64,000 nt of DNA from a virus: the IMG/VR virus record IMGVR_UViG_3300008110_010375; one strand, 5' to 3'. A program made the translations under genes and the position numbers. Positions 28,192 through 37,933 of the stretch are shown piece after piece (position 1 is the stretch's first letter; each line of letters starts with the position of its first letter). A model generated the notes under the pieces. It worked only from the letters and a program-made list of their open reading frames with translations. It ran no database searches and had not been told where the DNA came from.

Positions 28192-28855
28192 CCAACAGTT
28201 TACGGTGAAGCAAGTTCCCGGATACGAAGCAAAAGTCAGGCGTGAGAAGATCGACGACGTCGATGAGTGGCTCTGGCCTTGGGACGACCAAGGCCTATGG
28301 CTCGGGCCGAGTCAGGAGTGGTCACCGATCAAGGAGCTGATCCTTGAACACTGCCCATCTAGACATACGGTGTTGCAGGCCGGAGGCGCCTGCGGCATGT
28401 ACCCGAGGCTGCTGTCGAACATATTCGAGCGGGTGGTGACGTTCGAGCCCGATCCGATCAACTTCTTCTTCCTATCGCACAACTGCAAGGACAAGCGCAT
28501 CACCAAGATCAACGGGGTCTTAGGCAACGAGAACAGGTGGTCAACCTTCTGCTACCCAGCGGAAAACAACCGAGGAACCGGATCGATCAACTTCAACGCC
28601 GACGATCCTACGGCCGGCGACACCGTGATGTTCCGCGGGGACAGCATGGTCTTTAAGAAGCTTGACCTGATCTACCTCGACATCGAGGGCGGAGAGTACA
28701 ATGCAATCACAGGATTGATAAATACAATTAGACTACATAAACCCGTAATCATATGTGAAAACGCGCACGCCGGACCATTAGACTACCTGACTCAGTTCGG
28801 ATACAAGGCGATCGCGCGATCTCACTCAGACACCCTAATGAAGATCGAAGAATGA
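28184..28855 (+). CDS. FkbM-family methyltransferase
   Basis: QAGGACG, FEP, LDIEGGE. Confidence 0.85.
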   Translation: MSNQQFTVKQVPGYEAKVRREKIDDVDEWLWPWDDQGLWLGPSQEWSPIKELILEHCPSRHTVLQAGGACGMYPRLLSNIFERVVTFEPDPINFFFLSHNCKDKRITKINGVLGNENRWSTFCYPAENNRGTGSINFNADDPTAGDTVMFRGDSMVFKKLDLIYLDIEGGEYNAITGLINTIRLHKPVIICENAHAGPLDYLTQFGYKAIARSHSDTLMKIEE

Positions 28856-30828
28856 GCACTAACGACACCGGAACTTCAGGGTCCCCTAAGGGCAGCAAGA
28901 AGCTTCAAGCTCGAAAGGTCAATGACGACATTGAGAAGAAGGGTGCCACGATCAGCGGCGGGAAGCCTAACCCGATCAACATCAATCCGGTTCAGGAGCA
29001 GGCCGAGCAGACGGCCGTCACAAACCTCAACATGAGGGCGCAGCCTCTCCATAAAGGGCACGTCAAAGTCATACAGGCGGTCGAGGACGAAGCCAAGCGC
29101 GTCGGCGGATCGGCCCACATCGTCACCTCGCACTCAGAGGGCGACGAGAAGAACCCGATTCCCGTGTCTAAGAAGATGAGCTACCTGCGCAAGGTGGCCT
29201 CCCAAGGCACGCACGTCATGTCGACGTCTAGGGAAGCACCGAGCCCGCTTCACACCGCGGCGCGTCTCAACAGGCACGCCCACCACCTAGTCGTGGTCGC
29301 GGGCAGCGATCGCGCCGGCGAGTACGAGAAGCTTCTCAACAAGTACAACGGTAAAGAGGGCCCTCACGGGTACTACAACTTCAAGTCGATCAAGGTCAAG
29401 TCGATAGGACGCGATCCCGACGCCGAGGGAACCGAGGGGATCTCCGGCACCAAGATGCGTGAGCACGCCAAGAGCGGGAACATCTCCGGATTCAAAGCGG
29501 GACTTCCACCTGAGCTGCACCAGCACGCGGAGGAGATGATGAGCGACATCAACAAATCAAGCAAGAAGAAGGTCAGGGAGAGCGTTGATGAGACGTTCAC
29601 CGAGAAGTTCATCGACACAGCGGACACCGAGAAAGTTCTCGAAGCGATCGAGACCGCACACCGCGAAGCCCTCGCCCGCAGGGGAGACAGGAAGAAGCTC
29701 GAGTACGTCGCGCGCAAGGACCAAGATCGCAAGACGAGCTCGGTGCCGTATCGCCAAGACTCGATAAAGAAGCAGATCGTCGACGAGGACGCGCTCAACG
29801 TTTCCCTCAACAACAAGTTCAAGACCGCTTCGACACCTAAGCTTCCGAATACAAAAGACTTCAATCCATCCATGTTCAAAGACAAACCAGCGGGCGCGAA
29901 GATGCCGAACACCAAAGACTTCAACCCACCGATGTTCAACAAGGAAGCCTACGGCAAGGGATACAAATCGCCCGCGGACAAGATCGCCGCTGCCGCTAAG
30001 AGGTTGGGAAAGAAGGACCCGCTTCAGGGCATGGCTGACGCCGCTGAGAGGCTCAAGCAGAACGCCGCCGACTATCAGAAGATAGTCGATAAAGACAAGA
30101 AGAACGAAGAGGTCGAGCGTGTCGATGAAGTCTCAAAAGAATTGATAGGTCAAGTGAACAAGAAGCGCACCCTGCAGAACATCCCGTCGAAGACTAAGAA
30201 GGCTTCCGACGTCCTCAACCGCGGTCTCATGCGCGCGGCTGGAATCAAGCCGCCGGTTCAGAAGGAAGAAGCCGTCGAAGAGGAGCGCAAGGGTCTTTGG
30301 GCGAACATCTGGGCTAGGCGCCGCGCCGGCAAGCGGATGCGCAAGCCCGGTGAAAAGGGCGCGCCGTCGGCTGAAGCTTTGAAGTCGGCTCAAGAGTCGA
30401 TTGAGATCGATGAAGCGGCGAGCGCAGGTTTAGCGGCTAAGGCGAGCAAGTCGGGCATATCACTCTCTACGCTACAGAAAGTCTACCGCCGCGGCGTGGC
30501 TGCATGGAACTCAGGACACCGTCCCGGCACCACACCACAGCAGTGGGGCATGGCTCGAGTCAACTCCTACATCGCCAAGGGCAAGGGAACATACGGCGGC
30601 GCCGACAAAGACCTTCACGAGATGGAGGAGAACTACTCTTCCAGCAACCCAAAGTACCACGCGGGATTAAGCGCGTCGACAAAAGCGGCACGCGTCGCAC
30701 ACTGGAAGCGTGCCGACAAGATGTCTGATCGCGATCCACGTGCTTACGAGCCAGCGCCGGGTGATAAGACCGCGAAGACGAAACCAAGCAAGTACACGAA
30801 AGCGTACCACAAGAAGTACGGAGACTGA
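28852..30828 (+). CDS. HxGH nucleotidyltransferase fused to basic virion-type modules
   Basis: QPLHKGH, GSDR, ISGTKMR; C-terminal VYRRG..AW..GHRPG..QWGMARVNS module. Confidence 0.75.
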   Translation: MSTNDTGTSGSPKGSKKLQARKVNDDIEKKGATISGGKPNPININPVQEQAEQTAVTNLNMRAQPLHKGHVKVIQAVEDEAKRVGGSAHIVTSHSEGDEKNPIPVSKKMSYLRKVASQGTHVMSTSREAPSPLHTAARLNRHAHHLVVVAGSDRAGEYEKLLNKYNGKEGPHGYYNFKSIKVKSIGRDPDAEGTEGISGTKMREHAKSGNISGFKAGLPPELHQHAEEMMSDINKSSKKKVRESVDETFTEKFIDTADTEKVLEAIETAHREALARRGDRKKLEYVARKDQDRKTSSVPYRQDSIKKQIVDEDALNVSLNNKFKTASTPKLPNTKDFNPSMFKDKPAGAKMPNTKDFNPPMFNKEAYGKGYKSPADKIAAAAKRLGKKDPLQGMADAAERLKQNAADYQKIVDKDKKNEEVERVDEVSKELIGQVNKKRTLQNIPSKTKKASDVLNRGLMRAAGIKPPVQKEEAVEEERKGLWANIWARRRAGKRMRKPGEKGAPSAEALKSAQESIEIDEAASAGLAAKASKSGISLSTLQKVYRRGVAAWNSGHRPGTTPQQWGMARVNSYIAKGKGTYGGADKDLHEMEENYSSSNPKYHAGLSASTKAARVAHWKRADKMSDRDPRAYEPAPGDKTAKTKPSKYTKAYHKKYGD

Positions 30829-30829
30829 C

Positions 30830-31171
30830 ATGAAGACCTTTAAACAGTTCAAGGAAGAGGGCTGTGGCGACGACTGCGAGTGCAGGAAAGAGGGCATCGA
30901 TGAAGCCGCCGTCGACTCAAAGGGCTTCCGCAGCTCAACCGGCGGCTTGACCCAGAAGGGCCGCGACTACTACAACCGTAAGACCGGCGGCAACCTTCAG
31001 GCGCCTGTGACGACCAAGCCGTCGAAGCTCAAGAAGGGATCGAAGGCTGCCAACCGTCGCAAGTCCTTCTGCGCCCGCATGGGTGGCATGAAGAAGCGCT
31101 TGACATCGGCGAAGACCGCGCGCGATCCAGACTCACGGATCAACAAAGCGTTGAGAAAGTGGAACTGCTGA
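30830..31171 (+). CDS. basic internal-protein-like protein
   Basis: MKTFKQFKEE leader; RRKSFCARM...ALRKWNC. Confidence 0.7.
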   Translation: MKTFKQFKEEGCGDDCECRKEGIDEAAVDSKGFRSSTGGLTQKGRDYYNRKTGGNLQAPVTTKPSKLKKGSKAANRRKSFCARMGGMKKRLTSAKTARDPDSRINKALRKWNC

Positions 31172-31353
31172 TGAAGACCTTCAAGTCTTACGTATCTAAG
31201 CTTTCAGTGCCGGCAGGAACAACCGGAAAGCGAAGGGAGTGGAACCCTCCCCTCGTCGGCGTGCGCATGGCCGATGGTAAGATAAAGAAGCTCCCTCCCG
31301 GAAAGAGCGGTAGCTCAGGCGGCGGCGGTGCCGGAAACGGTGGAGGCGACTGA
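31171..31353 (+). CDS. small Gly-rich protein with MKTF leader
   Basis: TGATG translational coupling on both sides. Confidence 0.6.
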   Translation: MKTFKSYVSKLSVPAGTTGKRREWNPPLVGVRMADGKIKKLPPGKSGSSGGGGAGNGGGD

Positions 31354-32693
31354 TGGCACAGTTTAGGAAAGACACACACAAATACTTAGGCGACGGAACC
31401 ACCATCTTTGAGGTGATGATGCTCGCCGATCAGTACGGTAACCTCGTAGGTCCTGCAAACCCTTCAGGCATGGCGGTCGATGCATTTGGCCGTGCACGCA
31501 TGTCGACTCCTCTTACGCTGTTTGATTCTTCCCATCGCTACAAAGACAACGGACTTTGGTCAACTTCCAACACATCTACTGCAACATACAGTTTCAATGC
31601 AAACGCTGGGTTGATTGAACTTAACTTGGACACGACCGCGAACGCTGAGATCATCAGAGAAACCACCAAGGTATTTTCTTACCAGCCGGGAAAGTCCCTT
31701 CAGTCGCTTCACACCTTCGTATTCAACACTGCTAAGTCTGGGCTGCGGCAAAGGGTTGGATACTTTGGTGCGCTGCGGCAAAGGGTTGGATACTTTGGTG
31801 CACAGAACGGTATATTCTTGGAGCAGGATGGAACCAACGTATACTTCGTGGAGAGGTCTTACGTCGAAGGTTCCGTATCTGAAACTAGGGTGGCTCAAGC
31901 TAACTGGAACATCGATACGCTTCTCGGCGCCGTTTCATCGAGCCCATCTCAAATCACTCTTGATCTAACGAAAGCGCAGATCTTATTCATAGACATCGAG
32001 TGGCTTGGTCTTGGAACCATTAGGTGTGGATTCGTCATCGATGGGCGGTTGATACACTGTCATTCTTTCCATCACGCCAATCAAATTCAATCTACATACA
32101 TGACGACTGGCTCGCTTCCGGTCCGCTATGAGATCAAGAATACGACTGCCACCGCCAGCAACAGTATGTTGAAGCAGGTTTGCACATCCGTCATCTCCGA
32201 GGGTGGATATGAGCTAAGGGGTCAGCAGGAATCAATCGGCACGGCTATCACTGCTCCAAAAACCCTTACGGTCGCTGGAACATTTTATCCGGTGGTTTCA
32301 ATCAGATTGAAGTCAGATCGCCTAGATAGTATAGTGATCCTAACTGCAACTTCGATGCTCGGCCTTGGAAACGGTTTAAACTTCAACTGGCGAGTCATTC
32401 AGGGCGGCACTGTCACCACAGCGGCATGGACCGACTACGGTGCAAACTCCGCTGTCGAGTATACCATATCGGGCACCGCGATCAGCGGCGGAAGAGTGCT
32501 TGCTTCTGGTTTCATTAACTCATCTAACCAAGGGTCGCCTTCGCTCGATATTCTAAAAGAAGCTCTGTTTAAGTTCCAGCTTGAAAGAAACGGAATAACA
32601 GGTACACCTGAATCATTAACTTTCGCCGTAGCGGCAGACACTCCCACGAGCAACTGCTACGCATCTTTTGACTGGGAAGAGATATCAAGGTAA
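31353..32693 (+). CDS. putative virion structural protein
   Basis: DAFGR..S.P.TLFDS, YQPGKS, WLGLG.IRCGF. Confidence 0.7.
   Translation: MAQFRKDTHKYLGDGTTIFEVMMLADQYGNLVGPANPSGMAVDAFGRARMSTPLTLFDSSHRYKDNGLWSTSNTSTATYSFNANAGLIELNLDTTANAEIIRETTKVFSYQPGKSLQSLHTFVFNTAKSGLRQRVGYFGALRQRVGYFGAQNGIFLEQDGTNVYFVERSYVEGSVSETRVAQANWNIDTLLGAVSSSPSQITLDLTKAQILFIDIEWLGLGTIRCGFVIDGRLIHCHSFHHANQIQSTYMTTGSLPVRYEIKNTTATASNSMLKQVCTSVISEGGYELRGQQESIGTAITAPKTLTVAGTFYPVVSIRLKSDRLDSIVILTATSMLGLGNGLNFNWRVIQGGTVTTAAWTDYGANSAVEYTISGTAISGGRVLASGFINSSNQGSPSLDILKEALFKFQLERNGITGTPESLTFAVAADTPTSNCYASFDWEEISR
31742..31801 (+). repeat. perfect 30-bp tandem duplication
   Basis: GCTGCGGCAAAGGGTTGGATACTTTGGTGC x2. Confidence 0.95.
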
Positions 32694-32697
32694 AAAC

Positions 32698-33126
32698 ATG
32701 CTTATAGATCAGATGAAAGTCATTCACGCAACAAACTTCTCATTCTACTTGAAAGCTCAATTCTTTCATTGGAACGTCGAGGGTCCGTTCTTTTCCCAGC
32801 TTCATGAGCTGTTTGCCGGCATCTACGAAGACAGTTTCGGCGCGGTCGATAAGATCGCCGAGGAGATCAGAGCTATAAAGGGATACGCACCGGGATCGTT
32901 CACCCGCTTCGCACAGGATTCAAAGATCAAGGATCAAGTCGACGTCGTCCCCGCGATGGACATGGTCAAGACTTTGCTCGCGGACAATGACCTGCTCATA
33001 GTCGAGCTCGCGAAGGGCCAGAAGATGGCTGAGGTAGAGGGTGAGCTGGGTCTCGCCAACTACCTGCAGGACCGCTTAGACGCACACAAGAAGCACGGAT
33101 GGATGCTTAGGGCAACATCGAAATGA
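32698..33126 (+). CDS. dps: Dps/ferritin-like DNA protection protein
   Basis: HWNVEG..F..LH..F, D.IAE, H.K..WML. Confidence 0.9.
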   Translation: MLIDQMKVIHATNFSFYLKAQFFHWNVEGPFFSQLHELFAGIYEDSFGAVDKIAEEIRAIKGYAPGSFTRFAQDSKIKDQVDVVPAMDMVKTLLADNDLLIVELAKGQKMAEVEGELGLANYLQDRLDAHKKHGWMLRATSK

Positions 33127-33172
33127 CCGAACCTGAAGCGAATACGTCTCCTAAGGCCAAGGAAGATCATGC

Positions 33173-33180
33173 TATAAATA
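33173..33180 (+). promoter_or_regulatory. late promoter TATAAATA
   Basis: exact motif upstream of structural genes. Confidence 0.7.
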
Positions 33181-33277
33181 AAGATATGATCAAACCTAAA
33201 CACATCAAGACAGATAAACGTGTTTTTTATAAATCTTCAATCTATGTTCGAGATTTATTAGGAGAAGGAAAGTAACA

Positions 33278-34252
33278 ATGGCACTTTGGGGCAACAACGA
33301 CTCTAAGACGGCGTCGGGAACCGTGGCGATCGCAGCCAACGGTCTCGTCACCGGTTCAAGCTCTAGCTTAGACACCGAAGCTAGGGTCGGCGACTTCATC
33401 AGCATGGCTAACACCGACTATTTGATTAAGTCTATCACCAATGCAACTTCAGCGCAAGTCATTGGTCAATATGGAAGCGCGACCGTTACGGCTCAATCAG
33501 ACGGATCATACATCCTTTCTGAAAAGCCTAAGTATGCAATCTGGGAAGCAACCGGACTCTATACCAACACCATCTATGGTGAAGATACAACTGAAGCCCA
33601 AGTGGCGAACGGTGCGATTCGCGAAGTCGTCATCGTCACCGGTGGATCGGGCTACGGCGCGAACGGCACCGTCACTGTGACCGGCGGCCTCGGCAACTCA
33701 GTCGCAGCGGCGGCGAACGCTTTCGTCTCGGGCGGTCGCGTGACTCAGATCAAGTTCTCAAACAACGGTGTCGGATACACCTCGTCGCCGACGTTGACGG
33801 TCTCAGCTCCGGCTGGAATCACCTTCAACGCGTTGACCGCGGTGTCGAACACCAATGAGACGATCACCTTGACGTCGGCGAACTCCAAGTTCCTTGCCGG
33901 CGACCAAGTAACCTACACTGTCGCAGCCGGCAACACGGCGGTCGGCGGCTTGTCGAACAACACCACCTACTTCGTATCGTTCGCGAACACGACCGTCATC
34001 GCCCTCACCGATCGCTTGAACGGTGCTAACATCGACCTCACCGCTTCGGTCTCTGAAACTGGTCACACGTTGACCGGTCAGACGGCAGTAGTGGCTGCGA
34101 TCCTCTCGGGCGTTCACCACTCGGCGCACGCCGGTTGGGTGAGGCGCACGGTTGGAACCGGCGGCCGTGCGGGCAGGGTGACCTTTGAAACCCTCGTCGC
34201 GATGGGCACCATCGCCGGCGACGCGGAAGACGACGTCCTTCCAGACGCTTAA
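33278..34252 (+). CDS. virion structural or fibre-like protein
   Basis: MALWG start, GSGY/GVGYT..P beta repeats, HAGWV...ETLVAM. Confidence 0.7.
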   Translation: MALWGNNDSKTASGTVAIAANGLVTGSSSSLDTEARVGDFISMANTDYLIKSITNATSAQVIGQYGSATVTAQSDGSYILSEKPKYAIWEATGLYTNTIYGEDTTEAQVANGAIREVVIVTGGSGYGANGTVTVTGGLGNSVAAAANAFVSGGRVTQIKFSNNGVGYTSSPTLTVSAPAGITFNALTAVSNTNETITLTSANSKFLAGDQVTYTVAAGNTAVGGLSNNTTYFVSFANTTVIALTDRLNGANIDLTASVSETGHTLTGQTAVVAAILSGVHHSAHAGWVRRTVGTGGRAGRVTFETLVAMGTIAGDAEDDVLPDA

Positions 34253-34274
34253 TCAGTATAAAGGGTGAACCAGC

Positions 34275-34625
34275 ATGACGGACACTAAGATCTCAGAACT
34301 AACCGCCGCCACGACGATGGCGTCCGGCGACCTGATTCCCATAGTGGCCGACCCAGCTGGTTCACCCGCTACTAAAAAGATCACTCTCGCGAACTTCTAC
34401 GCGAACGTGGTCGTCACGGCTAAGTTCGCCAACACGGTCACATTTACGGCCGCGGTCACATCGAACAACTCGTTGACGGCGAACAACCTATTCATCACCT
34501 ACAGGACCACGCCGGCTTCATCCGGCGACACGGTCACCAGCGGCAAGCTCTGGTTCGATGAGACATACCTATACGTATCAACGAACACGAACGTGATCAA
34601 GCGAGTCACACTGAACACCTTCTAA
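34275..34625 (+). CDS. small virion structural protein
   Basis: KISELTA, TKKIT motifs. Confidence 0.65.
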   Translation: MTDTKISELTAATTMASGDLIPIVADPAGSPATKKITLANFYANVVVTAKFANTVTFTAAVTSNNSLTANNLFITYRTTPASSGDTVTSGKLWFDETYLYVSTNTNVIKRVTLNTF

Positions 34626-34628
34626 AAT

Positions 34629-35021
34629 ATGCAGGACAAACTCGACGCGTCCAACTTTTTGCTATACGCCGCGAAGCACTACGACAACCCACAGTGCTTC
34701 GACACGCTTGAGTTCTACGAGGATCTCAAGCGATTCAAGTACATCAAGAGGCTTCTCAACAGGTACGTCGAGGACGGCGACCTCAAGGAGCGCCTGATCC
34801 TCAACCACATCGTCGTCCTGTTCAACCTCTTCGGCACGAACGCGGCCATACGCATGCTATTCTACAAGTGCGAGGGATTCGAGTCGCAGCTCATACCGTT
34901 CCTAGTCACACTGAACAACCTTCCCGACAGGGTTGAGAACATCGGTATATCCTGCAGGACTATAAATACAACTGACATACCTCTGGATCTAAACGTAGTC
35001 GAAGCTCTCAGGAGAATCTAA
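34629..35021 (+). CDS. conserved T4-like hypothetical protein
   Basis: YDNPQC..EF.EDLKRFKYIKRL. Confidence 0.8.
   Translation: MQDKLDASNFLLYAAKHYDNPQCFDTLEFYEDLKRFKYIKRLLNRYVEDGDLKERLILNHIVVLFNLFGTNAAIRMLFYKCEGFESQLIPFLVTLNNLPDRVENIGISCRTINTTDIPLDLNVVEALRRI
34961..34968 (+). promoter_or_regulatory. late promoter TATAAATA
   Basis: exact motif about 50 bp before the next gene. Confidence 0.6.
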
Positions 35022-36193
35022 TGGCGGTCATGGACATCTACATGATATACCAGTTCATCAGGAAGCTGGTGACGCCCTTCACCGAGATGCCGGCATACAA
35101 GGCTGGGATCATCGACAACCAAGGCAGGTTCCTCAAGCAGAGGTCGCAGTTCACGGCCGCCGACCAGCGCGCCTGCACCTACTTCGACATCCTCGTCATC
35201 AACCTCAAGCGCTTGATCTCAAAGCTTCCCGGAGGGAAGTCACAGCTCGCTTCATACGCCGCGGCGCTTCTCTTGACGAGGACGTATGAATCCTATCAAA
35301 AGAACCCTACCGACGTCCTCTTCAACCTCGAGGAGGAGTTCTATAAGACCTACGCCGAGGTGCAGTCACTGAAGGAAGACGCGCCCATGAACTCCACCGC
35401 GGTCATTCCCGATAAGACCGTCGTGTCGAAGTCGGCGGCTCGCAGGTACAAGGTCGCCAACCTCTTGGCCCAGCGGAAGATGAAAAAAAAACTGAAGGAG
35501 GAGTCGAGCCTTCAGTACCACTCGGAGCTCAACCCGAAGCTATGGCAAGACGGTAAGCTCAAGGACGAGGTTCGCGGCAAACTCCTGCAGATCGCCGCGA
35601 CTTGGATGAAGTTCGCCAACATACCAGCCGAAGCCGTAGTCGACATCATCATCACCGGCGGCAACGTCAACTACAACTACACGCCGCTCTCCGACGTCGA
35701 CCTGCACATCGTCATATCACGCGACTCGCTCAATCCAAACAGGGCGCTGATCGACGACTACCTGCAGGACAAGAAGATCCTCTGGACGCTGTCGCACCAA
35801 GACATCAACATCTACGGTTATCCGGTCGAGCTGTACGCTCAAGACGTCAACGAGCAGCCGCACGAGAACCAAGGCGTCTACTCTATCCAAAGGAACGAGT
35901 GGATCGCGACGCCTAGGAACCTAGGACTCGACTTTGAATCGGACACCCACCTACAGAAGAAGGTGCAGTTCTACAAGGATCTCATCGACAAGATGATCTC
36001 ACAGCAGGCGACCGACGGCACGTTCGACATGCTTAAGCAGCGTATCAAAAAGATGCGCGGCGACTCGATCGCTAAGTCGGGTGAGTTCGCCTTCGGCAAC
36101 CTCGTGTTCAAGGAGCTGAGGAACCAAGGCTACTTGGATAAGATGGACGCCTATCAGAGGTCTAACCTAGACAAGGCGCTGTCGCTGTCATGA
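35021..36193 (+). CDS. conserved N-terminal domain fused to a Pol-beta-type nucleotidyltransferase
   Basis: ITGGNVNYNY...SDVDLH, PVELY. Confidence 0.75.
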   Translation: MAVMDIYMIYQFIRKLVTPFTEMPAYKAGIIDNQGRFLKQRSQFTAADQRACTYFDILVINLKRLISKLPGGKSQLASYAAALLLTRTYESYQKNPTDVLFNLEEEFYKTYAEVQSLKEDAPMNSTAVIPDKTVVSKSAARRYKVANLLAQRKMKKKLKEESSLQYHSELNPKLWQDGKLKDEVRGKLLQIAATWMKFANIPAEAVVDIIITGGNVNYNYTPLSDVDLHIVISRDSLNPNRALIDDYLQDKKILWTLSHQDINIYGYPVELYAQDVNEQPHENQGVYSIQRNEWIATPRNLGLDFESDTHLQKKVQFYKDLIDKMISQQATDGTFDMLKQRIKKMRGDSIAKSGEFAFGNLVFKELRNQGYLDKMDAYQRSNLDKALSLS

Positions 36194-36567
36194 TCAGGCT
36201 CGTGTTAAGCTTATTCACCGGCGCCTCGTCGCTCCCATGGATAATCGGTGGGATCGTCGCTCTGGTCGTCGCTTTCGGAGGATGGCTTGCCTACCACGAT
36301 CACCAGATCTGGAACAAGGCGATGAACGCCTTCAACGAGAAGCAGGAAGCTCTGGTTGAGGAGAAGAAGCAGGAATTCGAGAAGAAGACCGTTGAGATAA
36401 ACGACACCGCCGAGAGGATTCGAGCGGCGATCGCCGAGCAGCAGAAGAAGGAAAGCTCGACCGCGGCGAACATAATAAAGAACACCGAGGGCGGAACCGG
36501 TCAGGCGTCCTCCTACTTGAAGAGCATAGTCAAGCAGCTTGAGCAGAACTATGGAGAGAAGAAGTGA
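36190..36567 (+). CDS. i-spanin (Rz-like)
   Basis: N-terminal TM segment plus coiled coil. Confidence 0.7.
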   Translation: MIRLVLSLFTGASSLPWIIGGIVALVVAFGGWLAYHDHQIWNKAMNAFNEKQEALVEEKKQEFEKKTVEINDTAERIRAAIAEQQKKESSTAANIIKNTEGGTGQASSYLKSIVKQLEQNYGEKK

Positions 36568-36836
36568 AGAAGATCATGCTTGCGTCTTGCCTCTTTCTAG
36601 CCGGCTGCGGATCAGACATAAAGCTCATAGCCCCTGAGTACAAGATAGTCAAGGCTCCCGATGAGCTCTACGACTGTCCGGTCGAGAAGAAGTTCCCTAA
36701 GCCCGATACCTTGACAGAAAGACAGGTAGGTGTTCTTTTGTTGAAACTTCAGCGAAACAACCTAGCCTGCAAGAACTCCATAGAAGCTGTTAAAAAGTTC
36801 TACGACGAAGCCGAGAAGACCATAGACGAAAAATAA
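36564..36836 (+). CDS. o-spanin (Rz1-like lipoprotein)
   Basis: LAGC lipobox, Pro/Cys-rich. Confidence 0.75.
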   Translation: MKKIMLASCLFLAGCGSDIKLIAPEYKIVKAPDELYDCPVEKKFPKPDTLTERQVGVLLLKLQRNNLACKNSIEAVKKFYDEAEKTIDEK

Positions 36837-36839
36837 TGG

Positions 36840-36867
36840 TTGACATTTGAGTCAGCTGTTGTATAAT
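36840..36867 (+). promoter_or_regulatory. sigma70-type promoter
   Basis: TTGACA-16-TATAAT. Confidence 0.7.
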
Positions 36868-36898
36868 AGTCTTACTAGTTTTCAAAAGGTTATAGTCG

Positions 36899-37933
36899 AT
36901 GAATACTCTTTGGATAGATCAAAAGTTCGCTTCACTGATCGGACTGCAGCTTGAGCAGTTCAAGGTCGTAAAGACCAAGCCGTACAACGCCAAGTTCAGG
37001 TGCAACGTCTGCGGCGACAGCCAGACCAACAAGTACAAAGCACGCGGTCACTTCTACGAGAAGAACGACCACATAAACTTCAAGTGCTTCAACTGCGGTT
37101 TCAGCACCTCCCTCTCCAAGTACATAAAGACCTACAACCCGTCGCTCTACGCCGAGTACCGGATGGAGGTCATGCGCGAGAACGGACAGGAGCCGGTCAA
37201 GTTTGAGCCCGATATATCGAAGTTCTCACAGCGACGCGTCGACAAGTTCGACCCTATGAAGGACCTCAAGAAGGTCTCCCAGCTCGCGCCAAACCACCCA
37301 GCAAAAAAATACGTTGTCGACAGGAATATACCGTCGAACCAACACTTTCGAATCTACTACGCCGATATATACTACACGTGGGTAAACTCGATCGTTCCCG
37401 ATAAGTTCAGCGAGAAGGCGGTCAAGGCAGATGAGCCGAGGATCGTCCTCCCGTTCATAGACTTCAACGGGTACGTGTTTGGATTTACCGGCCGTGCATT
37501 GAATCCCAATTCTAAAGTTAGATACGCCACCATAATGCTCGACGACAGCAAGCCTAAGCTGTTTGGCATGGAGGCCATCGACAAGACGAAGCGGGTGTAC
37601 GTGGTGGAGGGTCCCATCGACAGCATGTTCCTCAGCAACTGCGCGGCGATGGCCGGCTCCGACGCCGACTTCACTCCGCTCGGCGACCCGCGAAACGTGA
37701 CAGTGGTCTACGACAACGAGCCGAGGAACAGGGAGATCGTCAAGAAGATGCATCGAGCGGTCGACCAAGGGTACGGCGTGTGCATCTGGCCCGAACACAT
37801 AGATCAGAAAGACGTGAACGACATGGTCAACCGCATGGGTCTCGACGGTCCATCCATACAGGCGATCATAGATCAGAACACCCACTGCGGCCTCTCAGCG
37901 AAGATGAGGCTTTCATCATGGAGCAAGGCGTGA
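36899..37933 (+). CDS. 61: DNA primase (T4 gp61-like)
   Basis: C..CGDS, CFNC zinc finger, EGPIDS, DNEPRN. Confidence 0.95.
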   Translation: MNTLWIDQKFASLIGLQLEQFKVVKTKPYNAKFRCNVCGDSQTNKYKARGHFYEKNDHINFKCFNCGFSTSLSKYIKTYNPSLYAEYRMEVMRENGQEPVKFEPDISKFSQRRVDKFDPMKDLKKVSQLAPNHPAKKYVVDRNIPSNQHFRIYYADIYYTWVNSIVPDKFSEKAVKADEPRIVLPFIDFNGYVFGFTGRALNPNSKVRYATIMLDDSKPKLFGMEAIDKTKRVYVVEGPIDSMFLSNCAAMAGSDADFTPLGDPRNVTVVYDNEPRNREIVKKMHRAVDQGYGVCIWPEHIDQKDVNDMVNRMGLDGPSIQAIIDQNTHCGLSAKMRLSSWSKA

